Positions 25,015-35,607 of a stretch of 64,000 bases of DNA are shown piece by piece. The notes under the pieces were generated by a model. The model searched no databases, was not told where the DNA came from, and worked only from the letters and a program-made list of their open reading frames with translations. Source of the stretch: Candidatus Omnitrophota bacterium. GTDB lineage: Bacteria; Omnitrophota; Gorgyraeia; Gygaellales; Profunditerraquicolaceae. Each line of letters opens with the position of its first letter. Position 1 is the stretch's first letter. The stretch lies in NCBI GenBank assembly GCA_028710685.1, contig JAQTTQ010000001.1, positions 1,648 through 65,647 of the forward strand, read 5' to 3'. The translations under genes were made by a program, and so were the position numbers.

Positions 25015-27594
25015 ATGATTAGCACCGGTATAAAAGGGTTAGATAGCGTGATTACGGGGTTAAGGCTAGGAGATAATGTAGTTTGGCAGATCGATCATAT
25101 CGATGACTATCTAGATTTGGTAAGGCCATTTGTCAGGCAGTCATTAAAAGAAGGAAGAAAAGTGGTTTATATCAGGTTTGCCGCGCACCAAGAGCTCCTT
25201 AAGCCATCCGCTAAGGTAAGGCGTTATGATTTAGACGCTAGTGCCGGATTTGAATCTTTTACTGCCAGGGTGAATAATATTATTACCGCGGAAGGGGAAG
25301 GGGCTTATTATGTGTTTGACTGTTTGTCTGAGCTGCTTTTGGCTTGGGCCACCGATCTTATGATGGGTGATTTCTTTATGCTGACTTGCCCGTATCTCTA
25401 CGAGCTTAAGACAGTAACCTACTTTTCTATTTTACGTAACAACCATTCCTTTAAGTCTATAGCGCGCATACGCGAGACGACACAATTATTGCTTGATGTG
25501 TACCGTTGCCAAGAGAGTTTTTATATCCATCCCTTAAAGGTATGGAACCGCTATTCTCCTACTATGTTTTTACCGCATTTAAGAAAGGGGGATGAGTGTA
25601 TTCCGATTACGGATAGCGTAAACGCGGCAAGGCTTTTTTCCTATATCAGGGAAAAGGGGGCAGAGAATGCCAAACGCAACCTTGATTATTGGGACCGTTT
25701 ATTTCTGGAGGCCGGCGATCTGGCAGGGAAAAACCTTCCTAAGGAGAAGGTTAAGGAAACCTTGGCAAAGTTATGCAGTATAATGATCTCTAAAAATAAG
25801 AAAATATTGGATTTGGCGATGCGAACTTTCTCGCTGGAGGAACTTATAGAAATAAAGTCACGCTTAATCGGGACCGGTTTTATCGGGGGTAAAACCGTGG
25901 GTATGCTCATCGCCAGGAAGATACTTTCGCAGAAGCTTTTAAACTGGAAAGAATTATCTGAGCCCCATGACTCTTTTTATATCGGTTCGGATATATTTTA
26001 TTCTTATATAGTCCATAACCGCTGGTGGAAACTGCATATGCAGCAGAAGACTGAAGAAGGTTATTTTAATGCGGCAAGGTTATTGAAAGAAAGGATGCTT
26101 TACGGGATATTCCCCGAAGAGATTATGGAGCATTTTCAGCAGATCATTGAATATTTCGGGTCATCGCCTATTATAATACGCTCCAGCTCACTGCTGGAGG
26201 ATGATTTTGGCAATGCCTTTGCCGGTAAATATGAGAGTATATTTCTGGCTAACCAAGGCAGTCCCGAGCAGAGGTATATACAATTTGCGGAGGCAGTTAG
26301 GAAAATTTATGCCAGCACAATGAATGAGGATGCTTTAGTTTATAGGAAGCAGAGGGGGTTGGATAAGCTGGATGAGCAGATGGCCCTTTTGGTGCAGCGT
26401 GTTTCAGGCGCTCATCATAAAGATTTTTTCTTTCCGGATTTAGCCGGGGTAGGCGTTTCATATAATACATATGTTTGGAATAACGAAATCAATCCTAAGA
26501 CAGGCATGCTGAGGGTTGTTTTCGGGTTGGGTACCAGGGCGGTTAATCGGGTGGAAGGGGATTATCCTAGGATGGTAGCTTTGTCCGATCCCCTGCGCAG
26601 GCCTTATGCGCAAAATGAGGATTTAAGAAAATATTCCCAGCATGACGTAGATGTTATAGATACAAAAGAAAACTCCCTGGCTACAATATCCTTTAATGAG
26701 CTGGCCTTAAAGAATATCTATAAAAATGTCGAAGCCTTTGCGGTTAAGGATTATGATTCGATGGATTTCATGAGTAAAAGAGGCCAGGATGGGCAATATT
26801 GGATTCTGACACTCGATAATATATTTAATGATAATAAATTGCCGGATTTTTTTAGGAAAATACTCGGGGAATTAGAGTTAAACTATGATTATCCGGTTGA
26901 AATAGAATTTACGGTTAATTTCACGGGGGATAACAAGTTTAAGATCAATCTCCTGCAGTGCCGTCCGTTACAAACATACGGCCTGGAGCGTAAGGTTAAG
27001 ATACCTAAGGCAATAAGTAAGGAGGATACCCTATTTGATTCCAGGGGTTATTTTTTAGGAGGGAATATTAACCAGAAGATAAGCTGGATTATCTATATTG
27101 ACCCTGAAAGGTACAGTAAGCTTATCCTTTCCGATAAATATGAGGTAGCCCGGATAGTAGGCAAATTAAATATATCTATTAAAAGCAGGGATGAGCTGCC
27201 TACCCTTTTAATGGGACCGGGCAGATGGGGTACAACTACGCCTTCACTGGGAGTACCGGTTAAGTTCGCCGAGATAAATAATGTAGCGGCCCTTGCTGAG
27301 ATTGCTTTTTCATCCGGAAATTTAATGCCGGAGTTATCATTCGGTACCCATTTTTTTCAGGATTTGGTAGAAACAAATATATTTTACGCAGCCCTATTCC
27401 CCGGCAGGAAGGAAGTCATTTTCAATAAAAAATGGTTTGATAAGAACAGGAATCTGTTTACTGATCTTATCCCCGAGTCGGCAAAATACGAAGATGTAAT
27501 CGGGGTATATGATGTAAGCGAAAAAAACTTTAAGATTATTTCGGAGGTAGTTTCGCAGAGAGTTGTTTGTTTTGCTCAAGGGTTTACTAATTGA
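25015..27594 (+). CDS. PEP/pyruvate-binding (PPDK_N ATP-grasp-like) domain protein with an N-terminal degenerate KaiC/RecA-like domain
   Basis: The N-terminus GIKGLDSVITGLRLGDNVVWQ resembles the KaiC/RadA start but has no Walker A motif. A central segment GTGFIGGKTVGMLIARKIL resembles the PEP-synthase/PPDK nucleotide-binding domain. No His swivel motif was seen. The RBS is AAAGAGGAG. Confidence 0.5.
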   Translation: MISTGIKGLDSVITGLRLGDNVVWQIDHIDDYLDLVRPFVRQSLKEGRKVVYIRFAAHQELLKPSAKVRRYDLDASAGFESFTARVNNIITAEGEGAYYVFDCLSELLLAWATDLMMGDFFMLTCPYLYELKTVTYFSILRNNHSFKSIARIRETTQLLLDVYRCQESFYIHPLKVWNRYSPTMFLPHLRKGDECIPITDSVNAARLFSYIREKGAENAKRNLDYWDRLFLEAGDLAGKNLPKEKVKETLAKLCSIMISKNKKILDLAMRTFSLEELIEIKSRLIGTGFIGGKTVGMLIARKILSQKLLNWKELSEPHDSFYIGSDIFYSYIVHNRWWKLHMQQKTEEGYFNAARLLKERMLYGIFPEEIMEHFQQIIEYFGSSPIIIRSSSLLEDDFGNAFAGKYESIFLANQGSPEQRYIQFAEAVRKIYASTMNEDALVYRKQRGLDKLDEQMALLVQRVSGAHHKDFFFPDLAGVGVSYNTYVWNNEINPKTGMLRVVFGLGTRAVNRVEGDYPRMVALSDPLRRPYAQNEDLRKYSQHDVDVIDTKENSLATISFNELALKNIYKNVEAFAVKDYDSMDFMSKRGQDGQYWILTLDNIFNDNKLPDFFRKILGELELNYDYPVEIEFTVNFTGDNKFKINLLQCRPLQTYGLERKVKIPKAISKEDTLFDSRGYFLGGNINQKISWIIYIDPERYSKLILSDKYEVARIVGKLNISIKSRDELPTLLMGPGRWGTTTPSLGVPVKFAEINNVAALAEIAFSSGNLMPELSFGTHFFQDLVETNIFYAALFPGRKEVIFNKKWFDKNRNLFTDLIPESAKYEDVIGVYDVSEKNFKIISEVVSQRVVCFAQGFTN

Positions 27595-27650
27595 CAGTTT
27601 CTTAAACTATGCTATACTTACAAATAGTTCAAGGGAGAACTCAAGAGTTT

Positions 27651-27701
27651 AAACAATGGCGTTTAAGGGCCGTTCCATCGGCATTAAACGCCTTTTTGTT
27701 T
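27651..27701 (+). promoter_or_regulatory. pyrG leader: hexaloop hairpin overlapping an intrinsic terminator (candidate attenuator)
   Basis: AAAC-AAUGGC-GUUU (27651-27664). A 9-bp terminator stem GGCGTTTAA (27658-27666) / TTAAACGCC (27685-27693) with a structured loop, followed by TTTTTGTTT. The two structures are mutually exclusive. Confidence 0.5.
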
Positions 27702-27705
27702 CTAA

Positions 27706-29330
<1,625 letters not shown>

Positions 29331-29331
<1 letters not shown>

Positions 29332-30416
29332 TGGAGGCGATGCTTGTATTGGAAGACGGGAGTATATTTAGGGGAAGGTCTTTTGGCTCAAGCGGAGAAA
29401 GATACGGCGAGGTTGTATTTAATACTGCGATGAGCGGTTACCAGGAAATAATTACCGACCCTTCCTATAAGGGCCAGATTGTCGTAATGACCTACCCGTT
29501 GATAGGCAATTACGGAGTCAGTAGGGAAGATGTAGAATCGCGTAAGCCATTTCTAGAAGCATTTGTGGTAAGGGAGTGCAGCAGGATAGCCAGTAACTGG
29601 CGTTCGATGGATAACTTGCAGGGATATCTGAAAGCGAATAATATTATGGGCCTTGAGGGTATCGATACCAGGGCGCTTACTTTACTCATACGCAAGTCCG
29701 GTTCGATGAAGGCAGTTTTATCTACCTTAGACCTCGATGCTACAAGTTTAATTAATAAGGTAAGGTTATCGCCTTCTCTTCTGGGGGTGGATTTAGTTAA
29801 AGAAGTGACTATAGGCAAGCAATACGTCTGGTCGCATATTAAGAGCAAGAAATATAAGGTAGTAGTTATTGATTGCGGCTTAAAATACAATATTCTGCGT
29901 AAACTGATGGGTGTAGGATGCGAGGCCTTGGTAATGCCCGCAAACGTAAGTGCCCAAGAGATACTTAAAAGAAGGCCGCAGGGCGTGCTTATCTCCAACG
30001 GTCCGGGAGACCCCGCTGCAGTAAATTATGTAGTTAATACCACCGAGAAACTGCTTGGCAGAATTCCTATTTTCGGTATATGTTTAGGGCATCAGATACT
30101 CGCCCTTGCCTTAGGGGGTAAGACCTACAAGTTAAAATTCGGGCACCATGGCGCCAACCATCCGGTAAAAGAATTAAAAACCGGCAAGATAATGATAACC
30201 TCTCAAAATCATAATTTCTGCGTAGATATCGAGTCATTAAATAAAAAAGAGATAGAGATGACCCATATTAATCTAAACGATTCTACTCTTGAGGGTATGA
30301 GGCATAAAAGGTTTCCGGTATTATCGGTGCAATTCCATCCTGAGGCTTCCCCTGGGCCTCACGACGCAGATTATTTATTTCTAGAGTTTACCAAAATGAT
30401 GAGAAAATATGCCTAA
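29331..30416 (+). CDS. carA: carbamoyl-phosphate synthase small (glutaminase) subunit
   Basis: N-terminus [11 protein letters not shown], the GATase catalytic segment GICLGHQ and a 361-aa length. Confidence 0.9.
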
Positions 30417-32055
30417 GCGCAAAGATATAAAGAAAATACTTATTATAGGCTCCGGGCCTATTGTTATAGGACAGGCATGCGAATTTGATTACTCCGGGAC
30501 TCAGGCCTGCAAGGCCTTAAGAAGAGAAGGTTTCAGGGTGGTCTTGGTAAATTCCAATCCCGCAACAATTATGACTGATCCCCAGACAGCAGATATTACT
30601 TATATTGAGCCCATAACTGCGGATATACTTGAAAAGATAATTGCTAAAGAGCGTCCCGATGCGCTTCTTCCCACCTTGGGGGGGCAGACAGCTTTGAATG
30701 CCGCAGTAGAATTGGCAGAGCGGGGGGTATTAAAAAAGTATAATGTTGAGACTATCGGCGCCAATATAAAGGCTATAAAAAAGGGCGAGGATAGGCAGTT
30801 GTTTAAAGAGGCGATGAAGAAGATCGGGATTGACCTCCCTAAGAGCGGTAAGGCCTATACCCTGAAAGAGGCTATTGATGTAGCCTTGAAGATAGGCTTT
30901 CCTTTAATTATAAGGCCTAGTTTTACCTTAGGGGGAAGAGGCGGAAGTATGGCCTATAATATGGAAGAATTCAAAGAATTAGCCAAATATGGATTAGAGT
31001 CAAGCATGATCAGTGAAATACTTATTGAAGAATCAGTAGCGGGTTGGAAGGAATTTGAGCTGGAGGTCATGCGGGACAAGAAGGATAATGTCGTGGTTAT
31101 TTGTTCCATAGAAAATCTTGATCCTATGGGGGTGCATACGGGAGATAGTATAACCGTGGCCCCTGCGCAGACTCTTACCGATAAAGAATACCAGAAGATG
31201 CGCGACAGTGCACTTGCCTGCATCAGGGAGATAGGCGTTGAGACCGGAGGTTCGAATATCCAGTTTGCCGTTAATCCTAAGACAGGGAGATTGGTGGTGA
31301 TAGAGATGAATCCGAGGGTATCAAGGTCATCGGCCTTGGCTTCAAAGGCAACGGGGTTTCCTATCGCCAAGATTGCGGCAAAATTGGCCGTAGGTTATAC
31401 GTTAGATGAGATACCTAACGATATAACCTTAAAGACTCCTTCTTGTTTTGAGCCGGTTATTGATTATTGCGTGGTGAAGATTCCCCGTTTTACTTTCGAG
31501 AAATTTCCTTCTGCCCAAAAAGAGCTGACTGTATCTATGAAATCGGTGGGAGAGGTGATGGCTATAGGAAGGACTTTTAAGGAGGCCCTGCAAAAAGCGC
31601 TGCGTTCTCTGGAATTAGGTTTTTCTGGGTTAGACGATTTAAAATATCAACCTAGCGACGATGAGTTAAGAAACAACCTGAGGATGCCTAATGATTTAAG
31701 GATCTTTTATATAAAGGAGGCATTAAAAAGGGGGTATAGCCCGGCAGAGATTAATAACCTGACCCAGATAGACCTGTGGTTTCTGGAGAACATTAAAGAG
31801 ATCGTGGGCTTAGAAGAAGAGATTAGGCTAAAAATGAAGATAGGCGATGAAATAGATTCGGTTGAGTTGTTAAGGAAGGCGAAGGAATTCGGTTTTTCTG
31901 ATTTACAGATTTCCAGGCTTTTGGGAAAAGATGCTAATAGTATAAGGAAGTGGAGGATGGAGAAGGGCATAAAACCGGAATATAAGCTGGTGGATACTTG
32001 TGCCGCTGAGTTTGAGGCATTCACGCCTTATTATTATTCAGCTTATGAGGGATAA
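30409..32055 (+). CDS. carB: carbamoyl-phosphate synthase large subunit, N-terminal half only (split carB)
   Basis: [26 protein letters not shown] start and one ATP-grasp unit plus the oligomerisation region. The protein ends at 548 aa and the next gene is purF, so the second half must be encoded elsewhere. Confidence 0.85.
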   Translation: MPKRKDIKKILIIGSGPIVIGQACEFDYSGTQACKALRREGFRVVLVNSNPATIMTDPQTADITYIEPITADILEKIIAKERPDALLPTLGGQTALNAAVELAERGVLKKYNVETIGANIKAIKKGEDRQLFKEAMKKIGIDLPKSGKAYTLKEAIDVALKIGFPLIIRPSFTLGGRGGSMAYNMEEFKELAKYGLESSMISEILIEESVAGWKEFELEVMRDKKDNVVVICSIENLDPMGVHTGDSITVAPAQTLTDKEYQKMRDSALACIREIGVETGGSNIQFAVNPKTGRLVVIEMNPRVSRSSALASKATGFPIAKIAAKLAVGYTLDEIPNDITLKTPSCFEPVIDYCVVKIPRFTFEKFPSAQKELTVSMKSVGEVMAIGRTFKEALQKALRSLELGFSGLDDLKYQPSDDELRNNLRMPNDLRIFYIKEALKRGYSPAEINNLTQIDLWFLENIKEIVGLEEEIRLKMKIGDEIDSVELLRKAKEFGFSDLQISRLLGKDANSIRKWRMEKGIKPEYKLVDTCAAEFEAFTPYYYSAYEG

Positions 32056-32057
32056 TT

Positions 32058-33434
32058 ATGTGCGGAATATTCGGGGTTTATCCCCACAGAGACGCTAGTA
32101 AACTTACCTATTTAGGGCTTTATAGCCTGCAGCACCGCGGTGAGGAGTCAGCGGGTATAGTAAGCAATAATGGCAGGAAGGTTTTTCTGCATAAGGGGAT
32201 GGGCCTGGTAAGCGATGTCTTTGATGAAAGGTCTATTTCTGGACTGCGCGGGGAACTTGCCATAGGCCATGTGCGTTATTCTACAACCGGAAGCAGCAAT
32301 ATAAAGAATATCCAGCCATTTTTAGTGAAGTCAAAAATGGGGAATATTGCTATAGCCCATAACGGTAATCTTATAAACGCCCTTTTCTTACGCCGGCAGA
32401 TGGAGGAGAAGGGCTCTATATTCCAGACCACCATGGATTCAGAGGTGATATCCCACCTTCTTGCTCATAGCCCGAAGAAAGATGTTAAGGAGGCGATGGT
32501 CTGGGCGTTAAGCCAGCTTAAGGGAGCGTATTCTTTAATCTTGATGGTCAATGATATGATCGTAGGGGCAAGGGACACCTTTGGCTGGAGGCCGCTTTGT
32601 TTGGGCAAATTCGACGGAGCTTATATCTTGGCTAGCGAAACCTGTTCTTTGGATTTGATAGGCGCCGAATACATAAGGGATATTGAGCCCGGAGAGATAG
32701 TATTTATTAGCAAGGATAGGTTTGAGTCAATAAAGCCGTTTGAGAGAACGCCTTGCGCTTTTTGTATATTTGAATTTATCTATTTTGCCCGGCCGGATAG
32801 TAATATTTTCGGATGTAATGTATATGGCTGCCGTAAGGCTTTAGGGAGGCAGCTGGGGAAAGAATTCCCGGTACCGGCAGATATCGTAATGCCTATACCT
32901 GATTCCGGGACCTCCGCGGCCCTGGGTTTTACTGAAGCAACTAATATTCCTTATGAAACAGGATTGATCCGTAACCATTATATCGGGCGCACCTTTATTC
33001 AACCAAGCCAGTTAGTCCGTGATTTCCGGGTTAAGATAAAGTTAAATCCGGTTAGGGAAGTTTTAAGGGATAAGCGCGTAATTGTTATTGAGGATTCTAT
33101 CGTGCGCGGGACAACCAGCCGAGCCAGGGTTAAGGCAATCAGGGAGGCGGGGGCAAAAGAGATACATATGCGGGTTAGTTGCCCTCCTTTGAGGTTCCCC
33201 TGTTTTTACGGCATAGACTTTCCTACAAAAAAAGAATTAATCGCCTCTAACCACAGCATCCAATGGATACGCGATTTTATCGGGGTTGATAGCCTTGAAT
33301 ACTTAAGTCTTAAGGGTATGCTGGATTCGATCCCCTGCAAAAAAGATAATTTCTGCACTGCCTGTTTTACCGGGGAATATCCGGTTAAACCTTCCTTTGG
33401 TCTTTCAAAGAAGTCCCTGGAGAGGCGTAAGTGA
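32058..33434 (+). CDS. purF: amidophosphoribosyltransferase
   Basis: MCGIFGV N-terminal nucleophile, a PRTase fold and a C-terminal Cys cluster. Confidence 0.9.
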   Translation: MCGIFGVYPHRDASKLTYLGLYSLQHRGEESAGIVSNNGRKVFLHKGMGLVSDVFDERSISGLRGELAIGHVRYSTTGSSNIKNIQPFLVKSKMGNIAIAHNGNLINALFLRRQMEEKGSIFQTTMDSEVISHLLAHSPKKDVKEAMVWALSQLKGAYSLILMVNDMIVGARDTFGWRPLCLGKFDGAYILASETCSLDLIGAEYIRDIEPGEIVFISKDRFESIKPFERTPCAFCIFEFIYFARPDSNIFGCNVYGCRKALGRQLGKEFPVPADIVMPIPDSGTSAALGFTEATNIPYETGLIRNHYIGRTFIQPSQLVRDFRVKIKLNPVREVLRDKRVIVIEDSIVRGTTSRARVKAIREAGAKEIHMRVSCPPLRFPCFYGIDFPTKKELIASNHSIQWIRDFIGVDSLEYLSLKGMLDSIPCKKDNFCTACFTGEYPVKPSFGLSKKSLERRK

Positions 33435-33575
33435 GATAAGACCTTGACAAGGGATTTTATTTTTGTTATCGTTAAAGTTGTTATTCGGCATCCATCCGTA
33501 TATTTAAGATGCGCCTGTTATAGTCCCAACATAAAGTAAATAGGCAGATAGGCATAATAATCTAAGGGGGAGTTT

Positions 33576-34202
33576 ATGTTTTCTTTCATTGTAAAGGGCG
33601 GACCAGTTATGCTGCCGATTATTTTAGGTTCTGTAATCGGCCTGGCTATTGTTATTGAGAGATTCTGGGTTTTTAGGGAGATGAGGCTTAATACCTTTGA
33701 TTTTATCCAGTCAGTTTTCCGTAACATTAAGGAAGGGAAGATTAAAGAGGCGCTTTTTGTTTGCGACAAATTTATACATCATCCTTTAGGGGTAATATTC
33801 AAGATAGGCATAGAAAGAAGGAATTTGCCGTTAGAGAGGCTGGAGAAGGTCTTAGAGCAGGCCGGGAATAATCAGATACAAAAGCTGGAGAAGTACTTGG
33901 GGGCCTTAGTTACGATAGTCGGCATTGAGCCGCTTTTAGGGTTTTTAGGCACGATTACAGGGTTAATCCGCGCATTTATGTCCTGGGAGCAGGCAGGCGC
34001 GAATGTTACCGTCAGCGTATTGGCTGCGGGTATTTATGAGGCGATGCTTACTACCGCCGCAGGGTTGATTGTGGCAATCCCGCTTTATCTATGCTACAAT
34101 TATTTTATAAGCCGCATTAAATCTGTATCTAACGAACTCTCCAATCATTGTATTCAGCTCCTTGAGGTTATCGCAGAGACAAAAGAAGGAAAGGGTGTAT
34201 GA
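33576..34202 (+). CDS. MotA/TolQ/ExbB-family proton channel
   Basis: Three TM helices and the conserved C-terminal TM pair (IEPLLGFLGTITGLIRAF). Confidence 0.8.
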   Translation: MFSFIVKGGPVMLPIILGSVIGLAIVIERFWVFREMRLNTFDFIQSVFRNIKEGKIKEALFVCDKFIHHPLGVIFKIGIERRNLPLERLEKVLEQAGNNQIQKLEKYLGALVTIVGIEPLLGFLGTITGLIRAFMSWEQAGANVTVSVLAAGIYEAMLTTAAGLIVAIPLYLCYNYFISRIKSVSNELSNHCIQLLEVIAETKEGKGV

Positions 34203-34621
34203 AGATAGCCGGGCGCCGGGCTCACCTAGAGAAAATGGAATCAGTGGTGATGACGGACATCATTTTGAATATGTTCATTTTCTTCTTTATCTCCTTTAGC
34301 CTCCTTTACACCTTCAGCCCCTATCGTATAAAGAAGCTTGAGGTAAGGCTTCCGGAGGCAGCCTCTGCCAGGCCATTAGAGGGGAAGGGGCAGGTAAATA
34401 TCACTATAAATAATGAGGGGGTTATTTATCTTGACCAGGAGCATGTGGCTAAGAAATCTTTACGCGAGAAGATCTCCAAGCGGTATACACAGAATCCGGG
34501 GTTAGGCGTTATCCTAAGTTCTGACAGGTTGGTGCGTTTTAAGGATATAGTGGATGTGCTGGATATATTAAATGCCGTAGGCATTAAGAATCTTAATATT
34601 GCGGCAACCAGCGAAAAATAA
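34199..34621 (+). CDS. ExbD/TolR-family protein
   Basis: A single N-terminal TM helix followed by a periplasmic domain, overlapping the exbB-like gene. The true start may be an internal ATG. Confidence 0.7.
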   Translation: MKIAGRRAHLEKMESVVMTDIILNMFIFFFISFSLLYTFSPYRIKKLEVRLPEAASARPLEGKGQVNITINNEGVIYLDQEHVAKKSLREKISKRYTQNPGLGVILSSDRLVRFKDIVDVLDILNAVGIKNLNIAATSEK

Positions 34622-34627
34622 TCTTTC

Positions 34628-34738
34628 TTGACAAAAATTGTAATAGTGTTATTATTTAATCTCAATATTAGTTTTGAGGACAATGGCGTCCATTCTTTAC
34701 CGTTATTTATATAATTACGGAAGGAGTGGGCGTTTTTT
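34628..34738 (+). promoter_or_regulatory. nfnA leader: promoter, hexaloop hairpin and a terminator-like structure
   Basis: TTGACA (34628-34633), 16-nt spacer, TATTAT (34650-34655). Hairpin GGAC-AAUGGC-GUCC (34678-34691). An 8-bp stem GTCCATTC (34688-34695) / GAGTGGGC (34724-34731) with an inner hairpin, then G plus TTTTTT (34733-34738). The hairpin and terminator overlap. A perfect inverted repeat GCCTAAGAATTAGGC (34752-34766) abuts the RBS. Confidence 0.5.
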
Positions 34739-34774
34739 ATTCTCAAGGGATGCCTAAGAATTAGGCAGAAGGTT

Positions 34775-35599
34775 ATGAAAATACTAAGCAAGGAAGTGTT
34801 AAGCGATTTTCAGGGGGTAAGGGTTATCAGCATGGAGATTTTTGCCCCGAAAATTGCCTTAAAGGCTAAGCCCGGGCAGTTTATCGCGCTTATGGTAAAT
34901 AAGGACGGTGAGAGGGTGCCTTTAACCATAGTAAGCACGGGAAATGACTCTATAAGAATTATCTTTCAGGAAGCAGGTTTTACTACCAGGCTCTTGGGAA
35001 GGCTTAATCTCCAGGATACCCTTTATGCTATAGTCGGGCCTCTTGGCCATGCAACCGATATCAAGCGTTTCGGCAAAGTAATTCTGGTCGGAGGAGGGGT
35101 AGGCATTGCCGAGATTTATCCGGTAGCAAAGGCCTTAAAAGAAGCGGGAAATAATGTTACCGGTATTCTTGGTGCAAGGACCAGGGATCTGCTTATCCTT
35201 GAGAATGAATTAAGGGAGGCCTCGAGCCAGTTGTTTGTGGCAACGGATGACGGGTCTTACCAGAGAAAGGGCTTTGTTACCGATATATTAAAAGAATTAC
35301 TAGAAAAAGATAAATATGATTTGGTTTATTCGGTAGGCCCGATTCCGATGATGAAGAGGGTTGCGCAGGTCACTAAGGGTTTTAAGGTTAAGACTATTGT
35401 TTCCCTGAATGCGTTAATGGTGGATGCAACCGGTATGTGCGGATGCTGCCGGGTTACGGTCTCAGGGCAAACAAAATTCAGCTGTATCGACGGCCCGGAG
35501 TTTGAGGCGCAGGAGATAGACTGGGAGGAGCTAACCCAGAGAAACCGGGTCTATCAGGATAAAGAAAAGCATATCTGTAATCTTAATAAGTTATTCTAA
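34775..35599 (+). CDS. nfnA: NfnA/SudB-type small subunit (PyrK-like FAD/[2Fe-2S] ferredoxin-NADP+ reductase subunit)
   Basis: PyrK-like fold with a C-terminal Cys cluster CGCCRVTVSGQTKFSC, 274 aa, paired with a GltD-like subunit. Confidence 0.75.
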   Translation: MKILSKEVLSDFQGVRVISMEIFAPKIALKAKPGQFIALMVNKDGERVPLTIVSTGNDSIRIIFQEAGFTTRLLGRLNLQDTLYAIVGPLGHATDIKRFGKVILVGGGVGIAEIYPVAKALKEAGNNVTGILGARTRDLLILENELREASSQLFVATDDGSYQRKGFVTDILKELLEKDKYDLVYSVGPIPMMKRVAQVTKGFKVKTIVSLNALMVDATGMCGCCRVTVSGQTKFSCIDGPEFEAQEIDWEELTQRNRVYQDKEKHICNLNKLF

Positions 35600-35607
35600 G
35601 GTAAACT

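Noticed and set aside
33445-33470. Small hairpin CCTTGACAAGG plus T-run after purF as a promoter (contains TTGACA)
   Set aside because: It is more simply a weak terminator for the pyrG-purF operon. No convincing -10 follows at proper spacing, and the call was too uncertain to list as a feature.
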